64,000 bases of DNA from Dehalococcoidia bacterium (GCA_965220215.1 OZ244809.1:858580-922579), one strand, 5' to 3'. Counted from the stretch's first letter, positions 9,238 through 19,657 are shown. The notes: generated by a model not told the origin, from the letters alone. A program made the numbers and translations.

Positions 9238-9984
9238 CTGACTACTATCTCCCAAGAACAACAAGCCCAAACCCAGGCCCGCTTCCTAGCTGCCACGGCG
9301 CGGTTGGGCCTTTCCCTAAGCAGCAATGCGCTGGAGCACTTCCGGCGTTACCAGCAAGCGCTTGAGCAGTGGAACCAGCGCGCGAACCTTACCGCTATCA
9401 CCGGCTACGAAGAGGTCTTCTCCCTCCACTTCCTCGATTCCCTCTCCACCCTCCAGGCGCTGCCCAACGGCAGCAGCCCCATCCGGCTTCTGGACGTGGG
9501 TGCGGGCGCGGGCTTCCCCGGCCTGCCTCTGAAACTAGCAAAGCCGGATCTGCAGCTCACCCTCTTGGAGGCTACTGCTAAGAAGACTGCCTTCTTGGGT
9601 GCGCTGGTGACCGAGCTTGGCCTGGAGAGCGTGACCGTGCTCACCGGACGCGCTGAAGCCACCGCTCACGACGCTGCCCACCGGGAGCAGTACGACGCGG
9701 TGGTGAGCCGGGGCGTCGCCAAGCTGGCGACCCTGGCAGAGTACCTGCTCCCCTTCTGCAAGATGGGCGGCCTCGCTATTGCGATGAAGCAGGGAGACAT
9801 CGTGGGGGAACTCACCAAGGCCGAGCGCGCTATCAGGCTGCTGGGCGGCGTGCTGCAGGAGACCGTAGCTGTTGACCTCCCAGGTCTGCCGCCGGGCCGG
9901 CAACTAGTGGTCATGCGCAAGGCGCACGCTACGCCGCCTGCCTATCCCCGGCGCACCGGTCTCCCCACGAAACGGCCGCTCTAG
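9238..9984 (+). CDS. rsmG: 16S rRNA (guanine527-N7)-methyltransferase RsmG (GidB)
   Basis: LLDVGAGAGFPGLPLKLAKPDLQLTLLEATAKKTAFL is the RsmG SAM-binding core. The start is inferred as the CTG at 9238, after a GGAG motif. The upstream part of the listed ORF overlaps the opposite-strand gene. Confidence 0.7.
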   Translation: MTTISQEQQAQTQARFLAATARLGLSLSSNALEHFRRYQQALEQWNQRANLTAITGYEEVFSLHFLDSLSTLQALPNGSSPIRLLDVGAGAGFPGLPLKLAKPDLQLTLLEATAKKTAFLGALVTELGLESVTVLTGRAEATAHDAAHREQYDAVVSRGVAKLATLAEYLLPFCKMGGLAIAMKQGDIVGELTKAERAIRLLGGVLQETVAVDLPGLPPGRQLVVMRKAHATPPAYPRRTGLPTKRPL

Positions 9985-10114
9985 CCGTAATGCGCCCGCT
10001 TTTCCCCGACCCCCTGGCGATGGCCCGGCGCTCCTTGCCTGCAGCGCTCGGGCAAGCATCTATACCACCACAACCCGGCGCGGCCACCTGCCGCTCCTCC
10101 ACGGCATCATCGCG

Positions 10115-10546
10115 ATGGGGTACTATCTGTGGACGCAACGCTACATGGGCCGCGCCAGCATCGTTATCTCCCTCACCGTGGTTGAATTCATGACCATCAG
10201 CAATTTCGTTACCGACTTCCAGCACCACGGCGCACTCGTCGAGACGGGCGACCGCCGCGGCTCCTCCGGTGCACTCAACCAGCTTGCCTCGTACCTAGAC
10301 GAGTCGGGTCAGCGGCAGCCTATCGCGCAGGACTGGGGGCTGAAGTACAACGTCCCGATCCTCACCCAGGCCCTCGCCACCCGCGAGCACGTCCATCTTT
10401 CCCACGGCGTGGATGATTATGTCACCTATTCTAGGTTCTCGCTCTCTGAGAAAGCGCCGAGTGAACCAGGCATGCGGCACGCACTCATAGCAGAGCCGCG
10501 GGAGCGGGACGGCGCGCCCATCTACCAGGTGTGCGCCGCGCTATGA
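10115..10546 (+). CDS. Hypothetical protein (no recognisable domain). The frame stays open upstream, so the start is uncertain.
   Basis: GC3-biased codon usage is consistent with coding. It lies between rsmG and a Wzy-like gene and may be a remnant. Confidence 0.35.
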   Translation: MGYYLWTQRYMGRASIVISLTVVEFMTISNFVTDFQHHGALVETGDRRGSSGALNQLASYLDESGQRQPIAQDWGLKYNVPILTQALATREHVHLSHGVDDYVTYSRFSLSEKAPSEPGMRHALIAEPRERDGAPIYQVCAAL

Positions 10547-11994
10547 ACCTCCCACCTCAGCCCTGGCTCCACGCCCCCGCGTTGCGCGACCAAGCCCTTG
10601 CCGGCGCGGTGGTGGCCGCCGTCACCCTCGCCTTCTACTGGAGCCCGTTGCTGCCGCTGACCGTCCTGCTGGGCGCAGCCCTGCTCTATCTCTTCTGGCA
10701 GCGGCTGGACCTGGGCTTGCTGGTAGTGCTGGTGAGCGTCCCGTTCTATCGTTTCCCCAAGCTCTACGACCAGGGGGGCTTGGGCGCACTACTTGGCCGT
10801 GAGGGTGCGCTGGAAGTGAGCCTAGCCGAGTCCGCTCTGATCCTGTGCCTCCTGGCCTGGGGCCTCCGGCGCTTCTTCCCGCCCGACATCGACGCAGCGG
10901 CGACGGGAGAGTCTCCTTTTACCGACCCCGCGGTCTGGCTCCCTCCCGCGGTGCTCATTGCCGCGGCGGTGGTAACACTCCCCTTCACGGAGCACCTCAG
11001 CGTGGCGCTGCGGGAATTCCGCGTAGTGGTGGTGGGGCCGTCGCTCTACTACCTGATGCTCGTGCACACCCTCCGCAAGGAGCAGGACGTGGGCACGTTT
11101 ATGTGGGCGCTGGCGCTCCTGGGCGGCGGCATAGGGCTGTACAGCCTGTACCACTATCTCTTTGTAGGTGTAGTGGAGAGCACCGGCGGGGTGGACCGGG
11201 TGCTGGCGGTCTATCACTCCCCCAACGCGCTGGCCCTCTTCCTCGGCAGGGTTATTCCTGTAGCGGCGGCGTTGATGCTGGCGGTCTACGCGCAGCAGAC
11301 TGCTAGGGATGCGCAGCGTTTCTGGAAGCCTCTCCTTGCGCTAGGTGGCGTGAGTCTGGCGCTGATGGCCGGCGCGCTCTACCTTACCTTCTCCCGGGGC
11401 GCGCTCCTGGGAGTCGTCGCCGCGGTGCTGGCGTTGCTCTTCGGCCTCAACCGCCGTTCTGCGTTCCTGGTGCTGGGCGCGCTGGCCGTAGCCGGAGTCG
11501 TCACGCTCATCGCAGTGCCCCAGGACCGCCTCCTGGCCGCAGCGCCGCTTCTGCAACGGCTGTACGTGTGGCAGGCTGCGCTAGCTATGGCCGCGGACCA
11601 TCCTATCGTGGGTGTGGGCCTCGATAACTTTCTTTATTACTACCCACGGTATATACTGCCGCAAGCGGCGTTGGAGCCTAACGTCTCCCATGCCCATAAC
11701 GTGTTCCTCGACTACTGGACACGACTTGGCATACTAGGTCTAATTACTTTGACATTTTTACAAGGACTCTTCTGGGGGCGAGTCAGAAACTTCCTGATGC
11801 GGCCTGTCGCACCGTACCAGCGCTGGCTCGTCCTTGGCCTTGCTGCGAGTATGATAGACTTCTTAGTGCACGGGCTCATTGATAACAGCTACTTCCTTAT
11901 TGACCTAGCCCTAATCTTCTGGCTCACCTTTGCGCTTATGACCATATTGCATCGCACCGCTCCCCAGCCGCTTGCGAGAGGCTCGCAGCTGTGA
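10531..11994 (+). CDS. O-antigen ligase/polymerase-like membrane protein (Wzy_C family)
   Basis: About 12 TM segments and a HAHNVFLDYWTRLGILGL (HN..L....G..G) ligase signature. Confidence 0.7.
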   Translation: MRRAMNLPPQPWLHAPALRDQALAGAVVAAVTLAFYWSPLLPLTVLLGAALLYLFWQRLDLGLLVVLVSVPFYRFPKLYDQGGLGALLGREGALEVSLAESALILCLLAWGLRRFFPPDIDAAATGESPFTDPAVWLPPAVLIAAAVVTLPFTEHLSVALREFRVVVVGPSLYYLMLVHTLRKEQDVGTFMWALALLGGGIGLYSLYHYLFVGVVESTGGVDRVLAVYHSPNALALFLGRVIPVAAALMLAVYAQQTARDAQRFWKPLLALGGVSLALMAGALYLTFSRGALLGVVAAVLALLFGLNRRSAFLVLGALAVAGVVTLIAVPQDRLLAAAPLLQRLYVWQAALAMAADHPIVGVGLDNFLYYYPRYILPQAALEPNVSHAHNVFLDYWTRLGILGLITLTFLQGLFWGRVRNFLMRPVAPYQRWLVLGLAASMIDFLVHGLIDNSYFLIDLALIFWLTFALMTILHRTAPQPLARGSQL

Positions 11995-12953
11995 ACGTAG
12001 TCGTCTCAGGAGGCGCAGGCTTCGTCGGCTCGCACCTCTGCGATTCACTGATCGCAGAAGGGCACCGCGTTACTGTCCTGGATAACCTCATCACGGGCAA
12101 GTGGGAGAATGTGAAGCATCTGGAGGGTTCATCCAGCTTCCAGTTCATCCTGCACGACGTCACCGAGCCTTTGCCGGACCTCCCCTGCGACGCCATCTAT
12201 CACCTCGCCAGCCCTGCCAGCCCTGTGGGTTACTGGGCACACCCCTTGGAAACCCTCATGGTGAACTCTATCGGCACCCACAACCTGCTCCAGCTCGCCG
12301 AGCGAGAGGGCGCCCGCTTCCTGCTCACTTCTACCTCCGAAGTGTACGGCGACCCTGTAGTTCACCCCCAGACTGAGGACTACTGGGGCAACGTGAACCC
12401 GATTGGGCCCCGCTCCTGTTACGACGAGGGCAAACGGTTTGCGGAGGCGCTTACCGTGAACTACGCCCAAGAGCGCGGGCTGGATTACCGCATTGTGCGG
12501 ATTTTTAACACCTACGGCCCCCGCAACCAGCCAGAGGACGGGCGGGTCATCCCCAACTTCCTGACGGAAGCCCTTAGTGACGCGCCCCTTACCATCAATG
12601 GCGATGGCCGCCAGACGCGTAGCTTCTGCTATGTGTCAGACCTCGTTGAAGGGCTCATGCTCACGATGTTTGCAGAGTCCGCCCGCGACCAGGTAATTAA
12701 CCTTGGCAATCCTGAGGAGTTCACCATCCTGGACTTGGCGCAGCGCATCAAAGCCCTAGTGGGCAGCGCCTCTACTGTTAGTCACGAACGGCCGCGGCCT
12801 GAAGAGATAGTGAGGCGTCAGCCCGACATCTCCAAAGCCAAGAAGCTGCTGAAGTGGGAGCCAAGAGTTGGGCTAGATGAAGGCCTCAAGCTCACTGTAG
12901 AGTGGCTGCAAGACCGCTCACTCTCATCCCAACTCCCCACCCTACATTCCTGA
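11991..12953 (+). CDS. uxs: UDP-glucuronate decarboxylase (UDP-xylose synthase), SDR family
   Basis: GGAGFVGSHL Rossmann motif, YHLASPASP, and STSEVYGDP. The start is a GTGA overlap with the preceding stop. Confidence 0.8.
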   Translation: MNVVVSGGAGFVGSHLCDSLIAEGHRVTVLDNLITGKWENVKHLEGSSSFQFILHDVTEPLPDLPCDAIYHLASPASPVGYWAHPLETLMVNSIGTHNLLQLAEREGARFLLTSTSEVYGDPVVHPQTEDYWGNVNPIGPRSCYDEGKRFAEALTVNYAQERGLDYRIVRIFNTYGPRNQPEDGRVIPNFLTEALSDAPLTINGDGRQTRSFCYVSDLVEGLMLTMFAESARDQVINLGNPEEFTILDLAQRIKALVGSASTVSHERPRPEEIVRRQPDISKAKKLLKWEPRVGLDEGLKLTVEWLQDRSLSSQLPTLHS

Positions 12954-14416
12954 CCGGAGCGGCTACGGCCACCTTACGCCTCTTTCCCCTGGGCTACCTG
13001 GCATGGATCGGCATGCTCCTGGGACTCGCGCTAGCCCTGGCGACACTCCCTCTCCCTAGTATCGGACTGCTGCTGGCGGGCGCCGCGGCCGTCCTGGTAG
13101 CCATCACCTATCCCGTCGCTGCTATCGGGCTCGTGGCCTTCGCGGTTCCCTATAGCGATGTCATTAGCATCCCCATCGGTGGTTTTTCGCTGACCGCCGC
13201 GGAAGGCGCGCTGGGGCTGGCGCTCCTGGTATGGCTTGCTCGCTGCGCCTTGGAGCACAACCTCTCCCTCCGCAATCCCGCCGCGCTCTTCCTTGTAGGC
13301 GTCATGGTGGCAGCAGCGGCATTCTCTGCTGCAGGCGCGCTCTCCCTGGGCCCGGCCCTCAAGGAGGTGGTCAAATGGCTGGAGTTCGGCCTTGCGATGT
13401 TGCTGGCGATGCAGCTAATCCGCACCGACACCGAGCGCATGGTAGCCGTAGTAGCCATCCTGCTTGCGGGGGTTTCCCAAACGGTCCACGGCATCTCGCA
13501 AGCGAGCGCAGTGGCGGGGCCAGCCGGCTTCCTCCTAGCGCCGGGCACCCTGCGCGCGTTCGGAGTGTTTGACCAGCCCAACCCCTACGCCGTGTACCTG
13601 GCAACCACCCTTTGCCTCACCTTCGGCCTCTCACTGGCGCTGGCTACCCATCGCTTCCGGCAACTATTCAGCATGCCTGGGTTGCTCCTCCCCCTCGCAG
13701 GGGTGCTGGTTTCTGCAGGCGTGTACCTCTCCTACTCCCGCAGCGCGTGGCTGGCAATGGCCGCTGCTGTTGGCGTGATGGTTGCCGTGCGAAGTCGCAG
13801 GCTTGCGCTGGTTGGAGCGGCCGGGATCGCACTTCTGGGCGGCTTGATTTTCACCGGCGGGATCGCCCTGCTGCCTGCGGCGCTCACCGCCCGTTTCAAC
13901 GTCTTTTTTGATATGTTCTCTCTCTTTGACGCCCGCACCGCCGTCCTCACTTCAGAGAACTTTGCCATCGTCCACCGCATGGCTATCTGGCAGGCCGCTT
14001 GGGACATGTTCCGCGACCATCCCTTCTTCGGGATAGGTATCGGCAACTTTGACCTCTTCTACCCAACCTATGCCCTGCCGGGTTGGCCTTTGTTGCCCGG
14101 CCACGCCCACAACTACTACCTAAATCTGCTGGCTGAACAGGGAGTCGTGGGGTTGGCCGCCTACTTAGCGCTGCTGGGCGGACTAGCCGTGCTGGTACTC
14201 GCCACATTGCGGCGCATCACCGCTCCCGCCGAGACACGCTGGCTACGGCAGGGGCTGGTCTTAAGCGCATTGGGCACGCTGGCCTTGCTGACAGTGCACC
14301 ACGGCTTTGATAATCTCTATGTGCACGGCATTGGCATCCAGCTGGGGCTTCTCCTTGGCCTTGCCTTCGGGGCACAAGATAACGCGACGCAACGGCGCCA
14401 GAACGGCGGCCACTGA
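12902..14416 (+). CDS. Second O-antigen ligase/polymerase-like membrane protein (Wzy_C family)
   Basis: YSRSAWLAMAAAVGV and GHAHNYYLNLLAEQGVVGLAAY motifs. The start is uncertain: GTG 12902 overlaps uxs by 52 nt, and the ATG at 13013 is an alternative. Confidence 0.65.
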   Translation: MAARPLTLIPTPHPTFLTGAATATLRLFPLGYLAWIGMLLGLALALATLPLPSIGLLLAGAAAVLVAITYPVAAIGLVAFAVPYSDVISIPIGGFSLTAAEGALGLALLVWLARCALEHNLSLRNPAALFLVGVMVAAAAFSAAGALSLGPALKEVVKWLEFGLAMLLAMQLIRTDTERMVAVVAILLAGVSQTVHGISQASAVAGPAGFLLAPGTLRAFGVFDQPNPYAVYLATTLCLTFGLSLALATHRFRQLFSMPGLLLPLAGVLVSAGVYLSYSRSAWLAMAAAVGVMVAVRSRRLALVGAAGIALLGGLIFTGGIALLPAALTARFNVFFDMFSLFDARTAVLTSENFAIVHRMAIWQAAWDMFRDHPFFGIGIGNFDLFYPTYALPGWPLLPGHAHNYYLNLLAEQGVVGLAAYLALLGGLAVLVLATLRRITAPAETRWLRQGLVLSALGTLALLTVHHGFDNLYVHGIGIQLGLLLGLAFGAQDNATQRRQNGGH

Positions 14417-14419
14417 GTA

Positions 14420-15433
14420 GTGGAAGACACTGCCAACAAAGACGCCCTCCTTCCGCAAGAGGAATCCCTCCCTACTTCAGGATGGGGCTGGCGTTCTGCG
14501 CTCTCCTTCGCCTTTGCGCTGGCGCTATTAGCCTTCTTTGCATCCCGCCTTAACGTAGACGTAGGCAATATTTGGCAGACTATCCGCGGGGCTGATATGG
14601 CCCTGGTAGCCGCGGGCTTTGTGTCCTACTACCTCATCTTTCCTATACGCGGCTGGCGCTGGAGCAAGCTCCTTGGAAATGTGAGTAAAGACGCCCCGGT
14701 GCAGTACACCGTGCCACCGCTTAGCACGCTTGCAGAGATCACCTTTCTGGGCTGGTTTGTGAACTGTGTGATGCCGGCCAAGCTGGGCGATGCCTACCGC
14801 GCCTATCAGTTCAAGCGCGTTACCAAGGGCAGCCTCTCCTCCGCCCTAGGCACCATCTTCGCCGAGCGGTTCCTGGACGTAGTGGTGCTCGCGACGCTGC
14901 TCATCGGCGCGTTGCTCACCCTGGGCGCTTTCAATCGGGGCTCCGACAGCACGCCGACCGCCCTGCTGGGGGCAAGCATGCTCCTGCTTGTGGTGGGCGC
15001 AATTGGACTGACCGCCATGTGGACGCTGCGAGAGCGCCTGCCTTCACTTATGCCCCAGCGGGTACAAGCCATCTACTCGCGGTTCCAACACGGCATCCTG
15101 GGCAGCTTCCAGAACATGCTAGTAGTTGCGCCGTTGAGCACCCTGGTCTGGTTCGCAGAAGTAGGCCGGGTGTACTTTGTGGTTCAGGCCATGGACCTAG
15201 ATTTAGCACTCCCCTACATAGTGCTGCTAGCCCTCACTCAAGCACTGCTCACCGTGGTGCCTTTCACACCCGGAGGGCTCGGTCTGGTGGAAACGGGCCT
15301 AGTGGGCCTCCTGCTTTTTGCGGGCATCCCCAAAGAAATAGCAGTGGCTACCGCGCTCCTAGACCGGACTATCAGCTACTGGAGCGTCATTGTGCTGGGA
15401 TTCATCCTCTTCTTCATTCGGCGCAGGGTGTAG
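14420..15433 (+). CDS. UPF0104 / LPG-synthase-TM flippase-like membrane protein
   Basis: Multi-TM protein with a C-terminal TVVPFTPGGLGLVETGLVGLL (PGG.G..E) hallmark. GTG start. Confidence 0.65.
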   Translation: MEDTANKDALLPQEESLPTSGWGWRSALSFAFALALLAFFASRLNVDVGNIWQTIRGADMALVAAGFVSYYLIFPIRGWRWSKLLGNVSKDAPVQYTVPPLSTLAEITFLGWFVNCVMPAKLGDAYRAYQFKRVTKGSLSSALGTIFAERFLDVVVLATLLIGALLTLGAFNRGSDSTPTALLGASMLLLVVGAIGLTAMWTLRERLPSLMPQRVQAIYSRFQHGILGSFQNMLVVAPLSTLVWFAEVGRVYFVVQAMDLDLALPYIVLLALTQALLTVVPFTPGGLGLVETGLVGLLLFAGIPKEIAVATALLDRTISYWSVIVLGFILFFIRRRV

Positions 15434-15437
15434 GACG

Positions 15438-16598
15438 TTGCGCATCGGCATCGACTTCACGGCGGCGGTGGAAGAAAGCGCGGGCATCGGCCGCTTCACA
15501 CGGGAGCTTATCCGCGCCCTCCTGGATACCGAGAGCGACCACAGCTACGTGCTGGTCGCGCCCAGAGCTACATCCGCGCCATCCTGGGTAACGCGGCGCC
15601 CCGCAGCCCGATGGGTAACTCTGCCTGCCTCCGCCCGAATCGCCTCCATCCTGTGGCACCGCCTACACGCCCCTATCCCCGTCGAGCGATTCACCGGCCC
15701 TTTGGATCTGTTCCACGCCACCAACTACCTCCTACCGCCCTTGCAACACGCGCGGGGCATCGTCACCGTCCACGATCTCAGCTACAAGGTGCACCCAGAG
15801 TTCGCGGAGCCGCGACTGGCGCGCTACTTGGCGCAGCGGGTGCCCGCCTCGCTACGGCGCGCCGGCCTCGTCCTGGCCGATTCTGTGCACACCAAGGCGG
15901 AACTGGTGCAGCACTACGATATGGCCCCTGAGCAGGTGTCTGTGGTGTACGGGGGCGTTTCCAAGGAGTTCTGCCCGGACATTGAGGAGCAGGAACTTGA
16001 GCGCGTCCGCCACCGGTACGGCCTGCCGCCCTCCTACCTCCTTACCGTTGGCCGTTTGGAGCCCAGAAAGAACCTGCTCACTTTGCTAAAGGCGTACCAA
16101 CTGCTAGTGACACAACAAACGCCCTCGCTTCCCCGCCTCGTCATTGCCGGCGGCACGGGCTGGCGCTATGAGCCTATCTTTGAAGCGGTGTCCGGCCTGG
16201 AGTTGACCAACCTGGTCGATTTCCTGGGCTACGTGCCCGACGAGGACCTGCCGGCGCTGATGGCGGGTGCAGATGCTTTCCTCTACCCCAGCTACTACGA
16301 GGGCTTCGGGTTGCCGCCCCTGGAGGCGATGGCTTGCGGCACGCCCGTAGTCGCCAGCAACACCTCCTCCCTTCCGGAAGTGGTCGGCGATGCCGGTCTC
16401 CTGGTGTCCCCCCACGAACCGGAGGCGCTGGCACAAGCGGTGTCGCTCCTCCTCTCTAATCCCCAATTGCGGCAAGAGATGCGGGAGAAGGGGTTGGCGC
16501 AGGCAGCGCGCTTCACTTGGGAGGCGGCAGCGCAACAATTGCTGGAGGCGTACACTGTGGTTGGCGGCTCGCTCACTATGAATCCCGCCCGGAAGTAA
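15438..16598 (+). CDS. Family 4 glycosyltransferase
   Basis: [22 protein letters not shown] motif. The start is taken as the TTG at 15438, just after the upstream stop. An ATG at 15390 would overlap the upstream gene. Confidence 0.7.
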   Translation: MRIGIDFTAAVEESAGIGRFTRELIRALLDTESDHSYVLVAPRATSAPSWVTRRPAARWVTLPASARIASILWHRLHAPIPVERFTGPLDLFHATNYLLPPLQHARGIVTVHDLSYKVHPEFAEPRLARYLAQRVPASLRRAGLVLADSVHTKAELVQHYDMAPEQVSVVYGGVSKEFCPDIEEQELERVRHRYGLPPSYLLTVGRLEPRKNLLTLLKAYQLLVTQQTPSLPRLVIAGGTGWRYEPIFEAVSGLELTNLVDFLGYVPDEDLPALMAGADAFLYPSYYEGFGLPPLEAMACGTPVVASNTSSLPEVVGDAGLLVSPHEPEALAQAVSLLLSNPQLRQEMREKGLAQAARFTWEAAAQQLLEAYTVVGGSLTMNPARK

Positions 16599-16606
16599 GC
16601 ACCACG

Positions 16607-17746
16607 ATGCACCTTGCCATCAACGGCTATTTCCTAGACAAGCTGAATACCGGCACCGGCCAGTACACGCTGCAACTGCTGCGCGAGCTGGAGACGCTCT
16701 GGCGAGACAAGATCACGATCCTAGTTCCCCATAGCGCCAAGGACACTTATCAGAGTCCGAAGGTGAACGTCCACGTAGTGAAGGCATCCCTACCGAATAA
16801 CTGGAGCAAGGTTTGGTTTGAGCACATTGGCGTGCCGCGCGCGGTGCGACAGCTAGGCGCAGACCTCCTGCACGTCCCCTACTTAGGCCCACCGCTGCAC
16901 TGTCCCATAGCCAACGTAACCACCATCCACGATCTCATCCAGCAGGTTGTCCCTGCACTGAGGGGAGGGCATTTAGCGGGCTTCTACAACCGCATGGCGG
17001 CGGTGGCGGCCCGACGCGCGACCCTGCTCCTCGCCGACTCCGAGCACACCCGGCAGACCATCCAGACCCACCTCAGAGCAGACCAGGAACGGGTGGAGCG
17101 CATCTACCTGGGAGTGGATACGTGCTTTTCCGCTACGGTGGAGGAGGGTGAGCGAGAGCGCATCGCCCAGCAGTACGGCATTGATGGCCCTTACATCTTC
17201 TACCTGGGGGGATTGGACTGGCGCAAGAACGTCTCCTTCCTCATCCGCTCCTACGCTCAAGCGCAGGTGACCACTCCTCTCGTCATTACCGGCGAGCCCC
17301 GCTCCAGCAAGCAGGCCTCCTTCCCCGACCTCCGGGAGGTGGCGCAGCAAGCGGGCGTGGCGGAGAAAGTACGCTTCATCGGCTGGGTGCCGGAAGAGGA
17401 CAAGCCCGCCCTCTATCGTTCCGCAGATCTTTTTATCTTCCCCTCCCTCTACGAAGGCTTTGGCCTGACCCCTTTGGAGGCCCTGGCTTGCGGCACCCCC
17501 GTACTGTGCAGCAATGCTACCAGCCTGCCGGAGGTGGTAGGCGACGCCGCCCTGCTCTTCGATCCCTTAGACGAAGGGGGTCTCGCTAACCTCATCCAAC
17601 AGACCACCCATGACCAAGACCTCCTTACTTCACTGCGCCTGCGGGGACCCACCCAGGCCAAGCGGTTTACCTGGCGCCGTACCGCGGAGGAGACCATTGC
17701 CGCATACCACAAAGCGTTGAGCCTTCATCAGAAACATAATGATTAA
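16607..17746 (+). CDS. Family 4 glycosyltransferase
   Basis: YEGFGLTPLEALACGTPVLCSN motif. ATG 16607 follows a GGAAG motif and the upstream stop. Confidence 0.75.
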   Translation: MHLAINGYFLDKLNTGTGQYTLQLLRELETLWRDKITILVPHSAKDTYQSPKVNVHVVKASLPNNWSKVWFEHIGVPRAVRQLGADLLHVPYLGPPLHCPIANVTTIHDLIQQVVPALRGGHLAGFYNRMAAVAARRATLLLADSEHTRQTIQTHLRADQERVERIYLGVDTCFSATVEEGERERIAQQYGIDGPYIFYLGGLDWRKNVSFLIRSYAQAQVTTPLVITGEPRSSKQASFPDLREVAQQAGVAEKVRFIGWVPEEDKPALYRSADLFIFPSLYEGFGLTPLEALACGTPVLCSNATSLPEVVGDAALLFDPLDEGGLANLIQQTTHDQDLLTSLRLRGPTQAKRFTWRRTAEETIAAYHKALSLHQKHND

Positions 17747-18521
17747 GCAACCTGCCGTTACCCTTGAGCCAACGGAATCGCAACCCTGGCAGCCGGAAGA
17801 GAGGCTGAACCGCCGCAACCTCACGCTGCGCCGCGCCGCCCGGGAGATTCAGAGCCGCTCGGGCCGGGTGCTGGAGGTGGGCGCCGGCACGGCACGCTTC
17901 CTGCGCGCGCTGCGCGCCGGCCGGAGCGACCTCCAGCCCCACGCCAGCGACCGCGACCGCGCCAGCCTGCTCACCGCGCGCCGCATGGACCCGGACGTGC
18001 AACTGGTTCAGAGCGACTTCACCGCTCTCCCGTATCATGACGAGAGCTTCGACGTGGCGCTGGTCTTTGACGTGCTGGAGCACCTGCCTGAGCCTGAGCG
18101 CGGCCTTGAGGAGCTGCACCGAATTCTGACACCAGGCGGCTTGCTCCATGCCCTTGTCCCCTGTGAAGGCCAGCCTGCAACGTTGCACTGGGCCATGTGG
18201 AAGCTCCACGTAGCCTCCGACCTTAAGGAGCGGCGGGTGGGACACGTGCAGCGGTTTACCCACCGCAGCCTATCGAGGCTGCTGCACGAGCACGGCTTCC
18301 GAATCCAGCGGGTGAGCTACAGCATGCACCCCATCGGCCAGGTGCGGGACGTGATTATGTATATAGAAGAGGAGCGATGGTTCCCCAACTGGGTGCAGCA
18401 CAATCCGTTGTACCGGATAGCACGCGGCGCTGTCTGGGGCGCAGCTTACGTGGAGTCCACCGTGCTGCGTAGGGTTCCGCTGTCCGCCGTCGCCCTCCAC
18501 GTTACCGCCGTCAAAGCATGA
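17739..18521 (+). CDS. Class I SAM-dependent methyltransferase
   Basis: VLEVGAGTARFL motif I and FDVALVFDVLEHLPEPE. It overlaps both flanking genes by 8 nt and 4 nt. Confidence 0.7.
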   Translation: MIKQPAVTLEPTESQPWQPEERLNRRNLTLRRAAREIQSRSGRVLEVGAGTARFLRALRAGRSDLQPHASDRDRASLLTARRMDPDVQLVQSDFTALPYHDESFDVALVFDVLEHLPEPERGLEELHRILTPGGLLHALVPCEGQPATLHWAMWKLHVASDLKERRVGHVQRFTHRSLSRLLHEHGFRIQRVSYSMHPIGQVRDVIMYIEEERWFPNWVQHNPLYRIARGAVWGAAYVESTVLRRVPLSAVALHVTAVKA

Positions 18522-19657
18522 AAGTGCTCATGGTCTCCAAGGCCTGCTATGCAGCATCCTACCGGCGCAAGCTGGAGGAGTTGGCGGCCATGCCGGACGT
18601 GGAGCTCACGTTGCTGCTGCCGCCGTACTGGCCTACCAGCACGGGCAAGCTCACCTTTGAACCGGGGCAAGACAGCGGTTACAAGGTGCTGATCGAAGAA
18701 CCGGTGCTGAACGGCCACTTTCATCTGCACTTCTATCGCAAGCTCCCCGACCTTATCCGTACCATTCAGCCCGATATCCTCCACATAGATGAAGAGCCTT
18801 ACGACTTCGTGACGTATCACGGGGTACGGGCAGCTGCCGGGCTGGCGCGCCGCACCCTCTTCTTCACTTGGCAGAACATCCCGCGCGCCTATCCGCTGCC
18901 CTTCGGCTGGTTTGAGCGCAGCGTGCTCTCCACCGTCCACTGCGCCATCGCCGGCAATCAAGATGCGGCGCACATCCTGCGGGACAAGGGCTACGCACGG
19001 CCCCTCTATGTCATCCCCCAGTTCGGCGTAGACCCGGACCTCTTCCGTCCCGCTGAAGACTGGCCCCAGCGCATTGAAAGCTTCTCCCAGGAGCGCCCCT
19101 TCCGCATCGGCTTTTCCGGACGATTGGTGGAAGAGAAGGGACTACTTGTGCTATTGCGCGCTGTCGCGCGTCTGGAGGGAGACTGGGAGCTGCTCTTCCT
19201 GGGGAATGGTCCCTTGCAAGGCCGTCTCATTGAAGAAGCGACGGCAATGGGCATCGGCCAGCGCCTCCGCTTCTTGGGCAGTGTGCCCTCTGAGGATGTT
19301 CCTCGCTACATCCAGGAGTTCGACGTGCTCGTGAACCCCTCCCTCACCTGGCGGCAGGGGCAGCGCCAGTGGAAGGAGCAGTTTGGCCGCTCACTCGTGG
19401 AGGCTATGGCCTGCGGAGTACCCGTCATCGGCTCAAACTCCGGGGAGATCCCCAACGTCATCGCGGACGCTGGGCTTGTTGCGCCGGAGGGAGACGTGGA
19501 TGCGCTCCACGCTCATCTGGCCACCCTCATGGCCTCTACCGACCAGCGCCTCAATCTGGCCCGCCGCGGCAGAGCGCATGCCCTTGCCAACTACACCCAG
19601 CAGCGCATTGCCCAGCAAACCTACGCCTGCTACCAGCAGCTCCTTCAAGAACCATGA
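18518..19657 (+). CDS. Family 4 glycosyltransferase
   Basis: RSLVEAMACGVPVIGSNSGEIPNVI motif. ATGA overlap at both ends. Confidence 0.7.
   Translation: MKVLMVSKACYAASYRRKLEELAAMPDVELTLLLPPYWPTSTGKLTFEPGQDSGYKVLIEEPVLNGHFHLHFYRKLPDLIRTIQPDILHIDEEPYDFVTYHGVRAAAGLARRTLFFTWQNIPRAYPLPFGWFERSVLSTVHCAIAGNQDAAHILRDKGYARPLYVIPQFGVDPDLFRPAEDWPQRIESFSQERPFRIGFSGRLVEEKGLLVLLRAVARLEGDWELLFLGNGPLQGRLIEEATAMGIGQRLRFLGSVPSEDVPRYIQEFDVLVNPSLTWRQGQRQWKEQFGRSLVEAMACGVPVIGSNSGEIPNVIADAGLVAPEGDVDALHAHLATLMASTDQRLNLARRGRAHALANYTQQRIAQQTYACYQQLLQEP

Noticed and set aside
17667-18263. 198-aa minus-strand ORF (and similar ones at 18446-18973, 6236-7003, 35041-35637, 47786-48544, 55316-56080, 61293-61889, 45845-46333)
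   Set aside because: All are antisense to confidently assigned genes and are Arg/Ala/Gly-rich, as expected for off-frame translation of about 65% GC DNA.
19369-19653. N-terminal 95 codons of the listed 497-aa ORF upstream of the GT9 gene
   Set aside because: This segment is a Pro/Arg/Gly-rich off-frame read over the preceding GT4 gene. The true start is the ATG at 19654, with an ATGA overlap.
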